Below are positions 1 through 9,869 of a stretch of DNA of 64,000 nt, piece by piece. The notes below the pieces were generated by a model. That model was not told where the DNA came from. It saw only the letters and a list, made by a program, of their open reading frames with translations, and made no database searches. Origin of the DNA: Candidatus Latescibacterota bacterium (lineage in GTDB: Bacteria > Latescibacterota > UBA2968 > UBA8231). The position numbers and the translations under genes are program-made. Where the stretch lies: positions 608,001 to 672,000 of the forward strand of contig OZ241362.1 of NCBI GenBank assembly GCA_965200315.1, written 5' to 3'. Each line of letters starts with the position of its first letter. Positions within the stretch are counted from its first letter, which is position 1.

Positions 1-530
1 TCCAAGTACACGAGCTGCCCTTCGACCAGCACCGACCAGTCGCGGGCCAAGGCGCTACCTGTGCTCTCTAGGCGCTGGCGGCAAACTTGGCCGGCGTAGT
101 CCATCAGCACCTGCCGCTCGGCCACGCGGGCTTTCGGCAGAATCGTCTCCAAGTCCAGCTCAATCGGCGCAAAGCGATCTACGGGCGCACCCGAGCTGCG
201 CAGGAAGCTGGCCAACCGCACCCGTCGGCTGGCGGCCGCCCGCGCCACTACCAGCGTATCCACGCCGCGTACCGCCATCCGCACCGAGGGCATGCCTCCG
301 TAGTCAATGTGCATACCCATGACGTTCATCTGCCCGGGGCAGCGGGCGATGACCACGCGGCCCTCGCGGCCGTAGCAAGCGGCAAAGTGCCGTAGAGCCT
401 CTAAGTAGTTGGCGCGCCAAGCCGCCACCTGATCCCGCCCGTAGAGCCGCCCGAACTCGCAGTCGAAGCGGCCCTGCTCAATGGCGGCCTGCCACTGGAC
501 TAGACTAGCTGTATAGGGGTTAGAGCGCAC
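1..530 (-). CDS. GHMP kinase, galactokinase-like (N-terminal part; runs off the window edge)
   Basis: Manual translation from GTG at 530 gives ...VIARCPGQMNVMGMHIDYGGMPSVRMAV..., resembling the GalK motif APGRVNLIGEHTDY. Frame is open to position 1. Not in the ORF track. Confidence 0.7.
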   Translation of the reverse strand, partial: MRSNPYTASLVQWQAAIEQGRFDCEFGRLYGRDQVAAWRANYLEALRHFAACYGREGRVVIARCPGQMNVMGMHIDYGGMPSVRMAVRGVDTLVVARAAASRRVRLASFLRSSGAPVDRFAPIELDLETILPKARVAERQVLMDYAGQVCRQRLESTGSALARDWSVLVEGQLVYL

Positions 531-2772
531 CGTCCACGCTCAGGGAGATGCGGCGCAACGGGCGTACCTTGCGCTCGATCGTCATATAGTAATACTGGAG
601 CGCGTTGTCCACTCGCAGGTTGAGCCGCACGGGGCCTAGCTGTCGGCCCACCTGTACATCGAGCAAGTAGATGGGCACATAATCGCGCCCGCACTCGGCG
701 AAGATGCCGGACACCCGTTCAAAACGGCTGAGGTATTGGAAGTTTACCCGCCCGCTGGTGGGGCCGCGCGCCCCTTGCAGGCCCAGATTGAGAACGTGGC
801 GCGACCGGTAAGGCAGCGGGGCTAGGTCGTCGTAGTCGCCGTGGCAATAAGGCGGCAGCACTTGGTCCGCATCGAGAAATTCCACGCCATCGATAAAGGT
901 ATAAGCCGCCCTAGCCCCCAAGCCCAGTGGCAGGGCGGCTTGGACTTCGCCTTCAAACCCGGCGACCCGCGCCCGCGCCAAATTCAAAAAGCGCGCTACG
1001 GGCACAGTCCCTCCGGCATAGGGATCGGGACGCCCTTCAATAAGCCCGCGGTACTCGTTCCAAAACAGGGCCATATCCAAGGCCAGCCATCGGGCGAGCC
1101 CCTGTTTGATCCCGACCTCGCTGGACCAAGCCCGCTCGGGCGTTAAGGCGGGGTTGGGACAGACCCGGATACCAGAAACCTCGGCCTGAGAAAAGACCTC
1201 AAACACCGAAGGTACGCGAAAGCCGCGGCCCAGCGAAGCCCGCAGCGCGGTCTCCTCCGACAGCCGATAGGAAAAGCCGACTTGGGGGCTAAATTCCCCG
1301 CTGCTTCTACCGGCAACCGGCGGGGCCCCGCACGGCCCGTCTGTCAGCCCAGAGGCCGCAGAAAGCCGACTCCAGTCGTAGCGCAACCCGACCGTCCACT
1401 CGGCCAGCGGACTGAGTTCGTACACGCCTTGGGCGTAGCCAGAGGTGGTTATCAGGGAGCGCACACCGAGAAAATCGGTGGGCGAGCGCACCAGATCAGC
1501 TACCGAGGCCAGCCCCAACGTCCAGTTCCAACCGCGCAATCCCGTGTAGTCGAACTGACCTTCGCCCGAAATTTTGTGGCCAGCCGAGGCCAAGCCCCCA
1601 GCCGCCGCGTTGTTGGTAAAATCCGTGCGGTAATACCCTAATTTGAGCCGGTAACCCAAATCGCTGTGTGCCAAGTGGTAGTACTCGGAATTGAGATGCA
1701 GCTTCCAAGAGATAGTATGGGCCGGCGCGTCGTTTTCGGGCACGGACAGCGGCTGGCTGCGGCCGCGCCACTGGACGAAGACTCCGTGGTCGTCTAGCGC
1801 CCAGTTGCTCATCACGCGCCAATAGCTCGTCGGCGAAAAGCGATGCACTGCCTTGGCGTAGAGATGATAGCGGCGATTATCGCCGTTTTGGTGATAGCCG
1901 GTGCCCCGATTGTGCCCCCCGCTCAGCACCAAGCCGGTCCGATCCAAGACCCGATTGTGGCTTACGTCGAACCCGACAAAGTGCATCGGGGACTCGGTCC
2001 AGTGCCACTGGCGGTACGCCGGCTGGCTATACAGCCCGCTGAGCAGCCGAAAGCGGGTGCCCGGATCGTGCGCCGGATCGCGGGTAAGCACGTTGATTAC
2101 CCCGCCCAAAGCCCCGGTGCCGTACAGGGCTGAGCCCGCTCCTTTGACCACCTCCACGCGCTCGACTTGCTGTAGGGGCACGGCATCCCACTTGATGTCG
2201 CCCACATCCGACGACAGCATTGGAAATCCATCCACCAGCATCAACAACCGACTGCCCGTACCGCGACTGTAGCCGCTCGAACCGCGGACGACCGGCTCAT
2301 TCCCTACTTGGCTAACCCCCGCAACATAGCGCAGGGGACCTGTCAGCGAGAAGGCGTTGTGATCGGCGATGCGCCCGGCATCGGCTACTGAGATGCTAAT
2401 AGGAGCTTGGGCAAAGGTCTGGGAGCGGCGGGCAGCGGAAACGACTAGCTCGGGAACTTCAACAGCCGTAGGTTCGAGGGCGACGACATGCCCATCCTCC
2501 CCGGGCGCAACGCCGCGCAGGGTGTGCGAGCGATAGCCAATATGCGAACAAAGCAGGTCGTATTGGCCGGGCGGCAAGCCCTCGATGCGGCAATAGCCCT
2601 CTTCGTCGGCATATCCCCCGAATTCCGTCCCCAGCACCGCCAACGTCGTGCCGGGCAGTGGGGTTTGATCGCCAGCGTCGAGGACGCGGACAACGATATC
2701 AGCGGCCGAGCTCGGCCAGCAATTCAGCAGGCAAAGCGCGCTCGCATAGATCAGTGCTAAGCTCGGTTTCAT
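520..2772 (-). CDS. TonB-dependent receptor with N-terminal carboxypeptidase-regulatory-like domain
   Basis: Signal peptide from MKPSLAL (ATG 2772); plug motif VERVEVVKGAGSALYGTGALGGVINV; barrel motifs GLRYD, NPALTPE. Confidence 0.9.
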   Translation of the reverse strand: MKPSLALIYASALCLLNCWPSSAADIVVRVLDAGDQTPLPGTTLAVLGTEFGGYADEEGYCRIEGLPPGQYDLLCSHIGYRSHTLRGVAPGEDGHVVALEPTAVEVPELVVSAARRSQTFAQAPISISVADAGRIADHNAFSLTGPLRYVAGVSQVGNEPVVRGSSGYSRGTGSRLLMLVDGFPMLSSDVGDIKWDAVPLQQVERVEVVKGAGSALYGTGALGGVINVLTRDPAHDPGTRFRLLSGLYSQPAYRQWHWTESPMHFVGFDVSHNRVLDRTGLVLSGGHNRGTGYHQNGDNRRYHLYAKAVHRFSPTSYWRVMSNWALDDHGVFVQWRGRSQPLSVPENDAPAHTISWKLHLNSEYYHLAHSDLGYRLKLGYYRTDFTNNAAAGGLASAGHKISGEGQFDYTGLRGWNWTLGLASVADLVRSPTDFLGVRSLITTSGYAQGVYELSPLAEWTVGLRYDWSRLSAASGLTDGPCGAPPVAGRSSGEFSPQVGFSYRLSEETALRASLGRGFRVPSVFEVFSQAEVSGIRVCPNPALTPERAWSSEVGIKQGLARWLALDMALFWNEYRGLIEGRPDPYAGGTVPVARFLNLARARVAGFEGEVQAALPLGLGARAAYTFIDGVEFLDADQVLPPYCHGDYDDLAPLPYRSRHVLNLGLQGARGPTSGRVNFQYLSRFERVSGIFAECGRDYVPIYLLDVQVGRQLGPVRLNLRVDNALQYYYMTIERKVRPLRRISLSVDGAL

Positions 2773-3211
2773 GATCCAATACAGCGAAATTGACCTCAAT
2801 ATCGATGTCAGGGACAACTTCCATAGAGCCGACTTCCACTGGCGAGGGGCGGTCGGCTCCAGGGAGGTGATAGCAACCCAAAAGCGAGGTAAGATCCCAG
2901 AACTGGTCCTCTTGGCGCCAAGCCACGACAATCCACTGATATACGCCTTCTCCATCTAAGGGAACGAAATAATCGGACGACTCGACCCTGAGCGCGACCT
3001 CGGTGTCCCAGCCGTTGATTCTGAAAAAATCGGCCAGCGAAGCCGGTGCCTCTCGATAGACGGCCACGGCCACCTGCCCCACGTTCGCCGGCCACTCGCC
3101 GACAAAGTGCAGCTGGCCAGCGATTCCGGTCTGCCCGGTGGCCTCGGCATCGAGCCCGCGATCGCAGCCCCAGCACCAAGCTAGGGCCGCGACCAAACAC
3201 CAAAACTGCAC
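2699..3211 (-). CDS. Hypothetical lipoprotein
   Basis: Lipobox-like CWGC after a hydrophobic stretch; in operon directly upstream of the TonB receptor. Confidence 0.65.
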   Translation of the reverse strand: MQFWCLVAALAWCWGCDRGLDAEATGQTGIAGQLHFVGEWPANVGQVAVAVYREAPASLADFFRINGWDTEVALRVESSDYFVPLDGEGVYQWIVVAWRQEDQFWDLTSLLGCYHLPGADRPSPVEVGSMEVVPDIDIEVNFAVLDHETELSTDLCERALPAELLAELGR

Positions 3212-3217
3212 GGTCTG

Positions 3218-3733
3218 TTATCCAGCCGCCTCGGCCGCCGCGGCGGCCGCCGCCGAGACCTCAGCGACGTCAAATTCTGTGCCGTTAATGGTTATCATCC
3301 CGGTAGCAGAAAGGCCGTCGGCAGCGACCGAAAGCTGCATATCGAGTATCAGCTCGGCCTCATGCGATCCAGAAAGGGTCACCTCCCCGGTCAGTGGAAT
3401 GGGTTCCTGCGTCGCGTCGATGGTCAAGATACCGTTGGCTACCAACTCGCCATCGGGCGAATAATCCTGCAACGTCCAGTCCTTGCCGGCGATCTCCACC
3501 GAGCCGCCGCCTTCCCCCGGCACCGATGTCGTACCGGGAATCAGCGCGGCGAAGAAGATATTGGTAAAAGTGGAGACCAGCGTACCGTATAAGCCGATAA
3601 TCTCGGGCGTTAGCTCGGCCATCGGCTCCGGCTCTGGCTCTACGGGCGCGGGTTCGTCGTCGTCGCCACAGGCAGCCAGCACCAGAGTACTGCACAGAAG
3701 AAGGGCCGTAGTTTTATCCAGCCATTTGCGCAT
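3218..3733 (-). CDS. Hypothetical lipoprotein
   Basis: LAAC lipobox followed by GDDD and Pro/Glu linker; AGGA RBS upstream. Confidence 0.7.
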   Translation of the reverse strand: MRKWLDKTTALLLCSTLVLAACGDDDEPAPVEPEPEPMAELTPEIIGLYGTLVSTFTNIFFAALIPGTTSVPGEGGGSVEIAGKDWTLQDYSPDGELVANGILTIDATQEPIPLTGEVTLSGSHEAELILDMQLSVAADGLSATGMITINGTEFDVAEVSAAAAAAAEAAG

Positions 3734-3807
3734 GATACTATCCTCCTAAATAAGGGATTTAAGTGCGCCGTGCTGTGCCCGACGCACAGGATAAAGGATT
3801 GCCGCGC

Positions 3808-4914
3808 TCAAGAAGCGGTTTCGCTTTCCCGAACGTAGCGCACCAAGGCTTTTTCGTCCAGCACGCAGCCCAAGCCCGGCTGCATGGGTGTGGGCACGTA
3901 CCCATCGACAAAAGGAATCGGCTCGACGATCAGGTCGTCCTCGCGGGTCCAGCTGCCGACAAAATCCGAAGCCATCGTGCAGTTGGGCGCGGCCGCAGCC
4001 GCGTGGACGTACGCGGTATCGACAATCCCTAGGTCGTTGCCCGAGCCGTGCCAGCAGCGCAGGCCCGCCGCGGCCGCTACGGCCGCGTTCTTCTGAAAGC
4101 CAACGAGGCTGCCGCCCAAATTCAGGCAATCGACGACCTCGGCCTTAATGGCGCGGATAATCTGCGGTCCGCTCCCCAAGTGCATGGCCACCGGCAGGTC
4201 AATCGCTTCGTGGATTTGGACGTACCCTTGTAAATCGGACTTGGGGATCGGGTCTTCAAAGACCTCGACATTGCCCACCGCCGCAAGCTGCTGCGCCAGC
4301 TCAATGGTCTGCGCGGCCGTGTGGAAGCGCTCGTTGGGATCGACCGTGACCTTGAAATCCACGCCGCCCACCTCGCGCATGGCCTGCAGCCGCTCGACCA
4401 TCGGCTCCTCAATTTTGCACTTGATCTTGACGCCCTTGAACCCGTGCGCGAGTGCGCGTTCGACCGCCCGCTTGCCGTCTTCAGGCGTCTGGTGCCCCAT
4501 CCAGTAGTCGGCGCGCACTCGGTCGCGCACCGCGCCGCCCAGCAGCGCGTGGACCGGCACTTGGCGGGCCTTGCCCACCAAGTCAAAAATCGCCATCTCA
4601 AAGGCGTCGTACGCTGGCCCAGCTCCCACCGTCGGCAGTTCCTCCGTACCGTCGTGTCGATCAGCGAAGATATCCTGCAAGGTCAGTTGCTCGGGATCTT
4701 TGCCCAAAAGCTGGGCCGCCCCTTCCTGAACCTGTTCTAACGGCACACCGCGCCCGGTCTCGCCCAAGCCCACCAACTCGGTATCCGTATTCAGGCGCAC
4801 GATGTGCTTGGGCACCCGGTCCCACCCGGTCTCGGCGACGCATTCTGGGCTATGCACCCGCCCGGGGATCGTCGGCACCACTACCGTCCAAATATCGACT
4901 GATATTATTTTCAT
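3808..4914 (-). CDS. Mandelate racemase/muconate lactonizing enzyme (enolase superfamily)
   Basis: GLGE, AIFDLVGK..PVHALLGG, KIK, VDPNE, EDP, PGLG motifs. Confidence 0.9.
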   Translation of the reverse strand: MKIISVDIWTVVVPTIPGRVHSPECVAETGWDRVPKHIVRLNTDTELVGLGETGRGVPLEQVQEGAAQLLGKDPEQLTLQDIFADRHDGTEELPTVGAGPAYDAFEMAIFDLVGKARQVPVHALLGGAVRDRVRADYWMGHQTPEDGKRAVERALAHGFKGVKIKCKIEEPMVERLQAMREVGGVDFKVTVDPNERFHTAAQTIELAQQLAAVGNVEVFEDPIPKSDLQGYVQIHEAIDLPVAMHLGSGPQIIRAIKAEVVDCLNLGGSLVGFQKNAAVAAAAGLRCWHGSGNDLGIVDTAYVHAAAAAPNCTMASDFVGSWTREDDLIVEPIPFVDGYVPTPMQPGLGCVLDEKALVRYVRESETAS

Positions 4915-5034
4915 ATCACATCCTCACGTGAACGCCGTTGGGCTATTTGCTGAAAAGCTGAAAGAGAATCCCTACCACAGAAACCAATGACGCCACCACA
5001 AACAGCACTTTTTCCGTGCCGCGACGTTCTTAAA

Positions 5035-5079
5035 TAGAATCAATTTGTTTGTCTCGTAGAATCAATATTGTTTGTCTCG
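5035..5079. repeat. Tandem duplication TAGAATCAAT(A)TTGTTTGTCTCG x2
   Basis: Units of 22 and 23 bp at 5035-5056 and 5057-5079, in an AT-rich intergenic region. Confidence 0.8.
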
Positions 5080-5160
5080 CAGTTCCTCAACAATTGCCAT
5101 TACCTTTCTCGCCTGATGTTCCGCACGGACTCCTTAGCTGTTTTAAGGCCGGCCGCATCC

Positions 5161-5190
5161 TTTGCGAGGCGGAGACGTCCTCGATCCCAG
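5161..5190 (-). repeat. REP-like palindromic element, copy 1
   Basis: Minus strand reads CTGGGATCGAGGACGTCTCCGCCTCGCAAA, 27/30 identical to 52199-52228. Confidence 0.7.
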
Positions 5191-5206
5191 CCGCGTTGAG
5201 CCCCAT

Positions 5207-6271
5207 TCACGGGATAAAACTCGTCTTCTCATCAACGGTGAGCGCAAATTCGGCCAGCAGCCGGGCGGCTTGGGTCAGGTCCTCTAAGGACGCAATCTCA
5301 ACCGGCGTGTGCATGTAGCGCTGCGGCACGCTGACTAAGCCAGTGGCCACCCCGGCCCGGCTGAGCTGGATGGCGTTGGCGTCCGTGCCCGTGCCCCCGG
5401 GCTCGGCTTGGATCTGATAGGGAATTTTCTTCTTTTGTGCCACCTGCACCAGCCGCTCAAAGACCACCGGATTGATGTTGGCCCCTCGCGTGATCACTGG
5501 CCCCCCGCCCAGCTTGCACTCGCCGACTTGGCGCTTGTCCATGTCTGGATGGTCCGTTGCCCACGTCACATCCACGGCAATACCCACCAGCGGATCTACC
5601 CCATAGGCACTCGTCTTGGCTCCCCGCAGCCCCACTTCCTCCTGCACGGTGGCCACCGCATACACCGCGGCGCAGCACTGGCACTTGGCGCGGCTCACTC
5701 GCCGCAGCGCCTCGGCCACCACCCAAGCACCGGCCTTGTTGTCAATCCCCCGCGACACCACCAGCCCATTGCGCAATTCCTCAAAGTTGGCGTCGTAGGT
5801 CACCGGATCGCCGATGGCCACCAATTGCCGCGCCTCGTCCGCGCTGGCTGCGCCGATGTCGATCCACAAGTCGTGCTTGTCCGGTACTTTGGTGCGATCC
5901 GCTTCCTTCATCAGGTGAATGGGCTTTTTGCCCAACACGCCCAAGACCGGCCCTTGCGCCGCGTGGATACGCACCTTGCGGCCCGGCACGATCTGCAAGT
6001 CAAAGCCGCCGATGGTGTCAAAGTACAGATAGCCTTTGTCGTCGATGTAAACGATCTGGAAGCCCAACTCGTCGGCATGCCCGGCGAACATGATCTTGGG
6101 ACGACCAGCCTCGTTGTAGCAGCCAATGGTATTGCCGTGGACATCAACTTCGACGCGGTCGGCGTACTTTTTCACTGCGTCCTTCCACACCGCCCGCACC
6201 GGCCCTTCGTATCCCGAAGGACTCGGAGCGCTGAGTAGATCAACGAGAAACTGCTTGGATGCTGGACGCAT
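5207..6271 (-). CDS. M42 family metallopeptidase (TET-like aminopeptidase)
   Basis: PSPSGYE, GHADELG, RGIDNKAG, VQEEVGLRGA, GTDA, RYMHTPVE. Start MRPASK at 6271 with AGGAGA RBS. Confidence 0.92.
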   Translation of the reverse strand: MRPASKQFLVDLLSAPSPSGYEGPVRAVWKDAVKKYADRVEVDVHGNTIGCYNEAGRPKIMFAGHADELGFQIVYIDDKGYLYFDTIGGFDLQIVPGRKVRIHAAQGPVLGVLGKKPIHLMKEADRTKVPDKHDLWIDIGAASADEARQLVAIGDPVTYDANFEELRNGLVVSRGIDNKAGAWVVAEALRRVSRAKCQCCAAVYAVATVQEEVGLRGAKTSAYGVDPLVGIAVDVTWATDHPDMDKRQVGECKLGGGPVITRGANINPVVFERLVQVAQKKKIPYQIQAEPGGTGTDANAIQLSRAGVATGLVSVPQRYMHTPVEIASLEDLTQAARLLAEFALTVDEKTSFIP

Positions 6272-6281
6272 ATATCTCCTT

Positions 6282-7739
6282 CTAGTCGGATGTCGCTGGT
6301 TTACAGCAGGCACCAATGGCGCAGACCGCCGCGTTGATGCCGAGGCCAATCACCCCGGCGTGAAAGCCCCAGATCATCGATTTACCCCCAAAAGTCAACC
6401 CCAGCGCCACTGCTAGCCCGCACACCATGCCGAGCAACGCCGTCTGCGCCGACAGCCGCTTCCAGTATAGCCCCAGAAAAAAGCACGGCACAACCTGGAT
6501 CAAAACCTCAAACTTCAGCTCCAGCAACCGCACCAAGGTCGCATCCGTGCCGATCGCCACCGCGACCAGCAAGGCGACGATGACCCACGAGCAGATCTTG
6601 CCCACCTTCGTCAGCTCGGACTCCTTAGCCTGCGGCCGGAAATACGGCAGATAAATGTCCTTGGTAAACATCGACGAGATCGACAACAGCGCCGAATCCG
6701 CAGTGGACATCAGCGCCGCCAGCACCGCAGCAAAAATCGCCACCACCAGCCAGTAGCCCAGCGCGGACTCGCCCATCACCAGCGCGCAGAGCCGGGCTAG
6801 CACTTGGTCGCTTTCGGCTTTGCTCAAATCCGGCAACACCACCGCGGCCGTCAAGCCGCAGATCAAAGCCACCAGCGTAGTAGTAAGCGGCATAAAGGCC
6901 ATCAGGATCAACGAACGCTTGAGCACTGCGACCGAGCGGCTCGCGTACAGCCGTTGGATTGCCTGCGGGTAAATGGCCGCCCCGCATCCTAACAGCAGCG
7001 CGTAGCTTATCCATTTGTTGGCCCCCTCCAGACTCGGCGCTTGCACCTTGGGAGGATCCATTTCGCTCAATTGGGCCACCACCTGCCCCAAGCCACCACC
7101 CAGCTTCTGAGGGATGAGAAAGGCCAGAATGCCAAAGCCCAACAGCAGCACACTCCCCTGCATGACATCCGTCCACGCCACCGAGCGCATTCCTCCCAAG
7201 GTCTCATAGATGACCATAATCACCGCCAAGCCGATAATGCCGTAGCTGCCGGGAATCGCGCCGTCGGTGATCCCCTCGACCGCCGCGCCCATTGCCTTGA
7301 GTTGGGCCAAGGCGTAGTTGCCCAGTGCGTAGATCATCAAGATCGTGCTCAAAAGCGTCAGCACCGACGAGCGGAAGCGGTGCGTAATGTAGTCGCCAGG
7401 GGTGATAAACCCTTCCTTGCGCGCCAGCGCGACCAAGCGCGGGGCAAAGAGCATGTAGCCGATGATGATCGAGAACATAAAGAGCACCGACACCGTCCAC
7501 TCAAAGCCGATGCGGTAGGTCTTACCCGTGTAGCCAAAGAGCGTATTGCCGCTGTATTGGGTTGCATAGAGCGTCAAAAAGAGCACCAGCAGGCCCATCG
7601 AGCGCCCCGCCAGATAGAAGTCAGCCATGCTGTTGGAGCGGCGGCGCGAACGCGCAATCCACCCCACGCCGATCATCGAAACCAGATATAGCCCCACCGC
7701 GATGAGCGCCCCCGGACCAAACACCATGCCGCCCATCAC
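6282..7739 (-). CDS. Sodium:solute symporter family protein
   Basis: About 13 TM segments; DFYLAGRS, GGMRSVAWTD, AALMSTADS motifs. Confidence 0.92.
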   Translation of the reverse strand: MMGGMVFGPGALIAVGLYLVSMIGVGWIARSRRRSNSMADFYLAGRSMGLLVLFLTLYATQYSGNTLFGYTGKTYRIGFEWTVSVLFMFSIIIGYMLFAPRLVALARKEGFITPGDYITHRFRSSVLTLLSTILMIYALGNYALAQLKAMGAAVEGITDGAIPGSYGIIGLAVIMVIYETLGGMRSVAWTDVMQGSVLLLGFGILAFLIPQKLGGGLGQVVAQLSEMDPPKVQAPSLEGANKWISYALLLGCGAAIYPQAIQRLYASRSVAVLKRSLILMAFMPLTTTLVALICGLTAAVVLPDLSKAESDQVLARLCALVMGESALGYWLVVAIFAAVLAALMSTADSALLSISSMFTKDIYLPYFRPQAKESELTKVGKICSWVIVALLVAVAIGTDATLVRLLELKFEVLIQVVPCFFLGLYWKRLSAQTALLGMVCGLAVALGLTFGGKSMIWGFHAGVIGLGINAAVCAIGACCKPATSD

Positions 7740-7975
7740 GCTTCCTCCTTGGCATCAATCCAGTAGCGGTGGATCACAAAGCCCGTCCAAGCAGCCAACA
7801 GCACGACCACCCCCAGCGATACCGCCACCCACAACGGAAAGCCCAACACCAGCGGCCCCCGATACCCTGCGGGCCAATACCAAGGAATGGCCAGCGCGTA
7901 GAGCAGCAAATAGACGATCCACACGTAGCCTATCTTGCGCGGCTCAGAGACGAGTTGTTCTTGGGACTCATTCAT
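7736..7975 (-). CDS. Small 2-TM membrane protein accompanying the SSS transporter (DUF3311-like)
   Basis: IPWYWP..LGFPLW two-helix pattern; stop overlaps the SSS start. Confidence 0.7.
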   Translation of the reverse strand: MNESQEQLVSEPRKIGYVWIVYLLLYALAIPWYWPAGYRGPLVLGFPLWVAVSLGVVVLLAAWTGFVIHRYWIDAKEEA

Positions 7976-7985
7976 AAGCAGCAAA

Positions 7986-9188
7986 TCAAAGGGCTGACAC
8001 TGGAATTGACAAGGCCCCTTCTGCCAGCGGCAGCGAGTGTTCGGCCAAGCAGATCACGCCGCCACCGCCTACGGGCTGTTTTAATTTTTGTAGGGCTTGG
8101 AAGTGGCGGATGTGGTCTTTGTGGGGCGAAGCGGTCTTTTTGAATTCCAGCGGATAGAGCGTGCCGTCCTGCACGATGAGCAGGTCAATTTCCTTGCCGT
8201 CTCGGTTCCTGTAATAATAGAACGGGGCTAGGCGGCCGTTGTGCCGGTAGCTTTTCAGCAGTTCACTCACGATCCAAGACTCCAAGATGGGGCCGGACAT
8301 AGCCCCGGCTTCGAGTGTTTCGGGGCTAGCCCATTCGGTGAGGTAGGCGCATAGCCCGGTATCGACAAAATAGAGCTTGGGGCTTTTCACCAGCCGCTTG
8401 GTCAGATTTGTATAATACGGCTCCAACAGATAGACCACGCCCGAAGCCTGTAAAATCGACAGCCAGGTTTTGGCGGTATTGGGAGCGACATCCGCATCGC
8501 GTGCCAAGTCCGAAAAGTTTAGCATGTGCCCGGTCCGGGCCGCCGCCGCCCTAAGAAAGCGCAGAAAAGACAGCTCATCGCCCACTCGGGCGAGGTCGCG
8601 AATGTCGCGCTGGAGGTACGTCTGCAAATAGGCACTATAAAAAAGGCCCCAATCCATTTGCTCATCCAACGCAATGGCGGGAAAATCGCCGCGCCATATC
8701 AGCCGATAGAGTTCCTTTAAGCCGAGGGGTCTGCCTGCGTGGAGCCTATCTGGAGTCGGCAAAAACGGCCCCACCGCTCCCTCGCCCAGCCGCTCGCGCC
8801 GCGAAAGCCCCAAAAGCTGCACGAGGCCCACCCGCCCGGCCAAGGATTCGGATACGCCTTGCATCAGGTGAAATTGCTGAGAACCTATAAGCCAGAATTG
8901 ACCGGGTGTGCGCTCGCGATCTACGGCCATTTTGATATAGGGTAGTAGCTGGGGCGCGTATTGGATTTCGTCAATGAGCACTGGCGGCGCGAATCGCTGC
9001 ATGAACAGGGCGGGATCTTCTCGCGCCAAGCTCTGGAGGAGGGGATCGTCGAGGGTGACGTAGGTTCGGTCTGGTTTGCTTACCTGACGCAACAGAGTAG
9101 TCTTGCCGACCTGCCTAGCTCCACAGACCATGAGTACGGGAAATCGGCAAGACGCAACGAAGGCTTCAAGAGTTCGGGAAACGTACAT
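7986..9188 (-). CDS. AAA_14 ATPase with DUF4143 C-terminal domain
   Basis: GARQVGKTT, IDEIQY, SESLAGR, KSPKLYFVDTGL, EIDL..LEFK. Confidence 0.92.
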   Translation of the reverse strand: MYVSRTLEAFVASCRFPVLMVCGARQVGKTTLLRQVSKPDRTYVTLDDPLLQSLAREDPALFMQRFAPPVLIDEIQYAPQLLPYIKMAVDRERTPGQFWLIGSQQFHLMQGVSESLAGRVGLVQLLGLSRRERLGEGAVGPFLPTPDRLHAGRPLGLKELYRLIWRGDFPAIALDEQMDWGLFYSAYLQTYLQRDIRDLARVGDELSFLRFLRAAAARTGHMLNFSDLARDADVAPNTAKTWLSILQASGVVYLLEPYYTNLTKRLVKSPKLYFVDTGLCAYLTEWASPETLEAGAMSGPILESWIVSELLKSYRHNGRLAPFYYYRNRDGKEIDLLIVQDGTLYPLEFKKTASPHKDHIRHFQALQKLKQPVGGGGVICLAEHSLPLAEGALSIPVSAL

Positions 9189-9192
9189 ACGG

Positions 9193-9247
9193 CCTCTAAT
9201 TATCGGCTATTTTGCAATCGCACTGCAAGATAGCCGATAATTAGAGG
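9193..9247. promoter_or_regulatory. Long inverted repeat directly upstream of the AAA-DUF4143 gene
   Basis: 18-bp perfect arms CCTCTAATTATCGGCTAT / ATAGCCGATAATTAGAGG, plus inner TTGCA/TGCAA. The repeat is certain; its function is not. Confidence 0.65.
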
Positions 9248-9302
9248 ATGTCAAGGAAGCTGTAGCAAGGATTTCAAGGGCCGTATCTGTGGCGTCAGCC
9301 GT

Positions 9303-9851
9303 TTAGCATATATCGCCAATATTCAACGCCAAGCCCGGCAAGGTCGGCGAAGTCAAGGTCGCTCCTTGGCCATAGGTATCCACGCCCTCGTATCCGCACT
9401 CGCCCAGCAGCAGAACCGTTATGTCTTTTGCGGCAGGGTCCACTATCCAGTATTCGCTCACGCCGTGCTTGGCATACAGCGTACGCTTGAATTTCTTGTC
9501 GCGTTCAGCGGTGGAGGGAGACAGGATTTCGACGACTAAGTCCGGCCCCCCCTGAATGTTCGCCGGCGTGATGATGTGGACGCGCTCATTGGAGACGAAC
9601 AGCAGATCGGGCTGCACCACGTCCACGTCCGACAGCACCACGTCGAAGGGCGCGAGATAGACCCGCCCCAAACTGTTCTCAGACACGAATTGAACCAATT
9701 TCCACCCTAGCAGAGCGGAAATGCTCTGATGACGTTCACTAGGCGCAGGGGTCATAAACAACTCTCCGTCCAGCAACTCGTAGCGCTTGTCTTCCGGTGC
9801 GTTCAGGTAGTCTTCGTAGGTAAACTTGACTAGGGGATTGGGGATAGCCAT
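9303..9851 (-). CDS. Uma2 family (DUF820) endonuclease
   Basis: RYELLDG, QPDL, PDLVVEILSPST, GVSEYWIVDP. Confidence 0.93.
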   Translation of the reverse strand: MAIPNPLVKFTYEDYLNAPEDKRYELLDGELFMTPAPSERHQSISALLGWKLVQFVSENSLGRVYLAPFDVVLSDVDVVQPDLLFVSNERVHIITPANIQGGPDLVVEILSPSTAERDKKFKRTLYAKHGVSEYWIVDPAAKDITVLLLGECGYEGVDTYGQGATLTSPTLPGLALNIGDIC

Positions 9852-9869
9852 GATTGCCGTCCTCTCTGG

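Noticed and set aside
2773-2955. N-terminal ORF extensions from the track (also 18412, 24823, 30282, 37423, 61191, 62269)
   Set aside because: They overlap neighbouring genes or promoters; downstream starts have an RBS, signal peptide or stop/start coupling.
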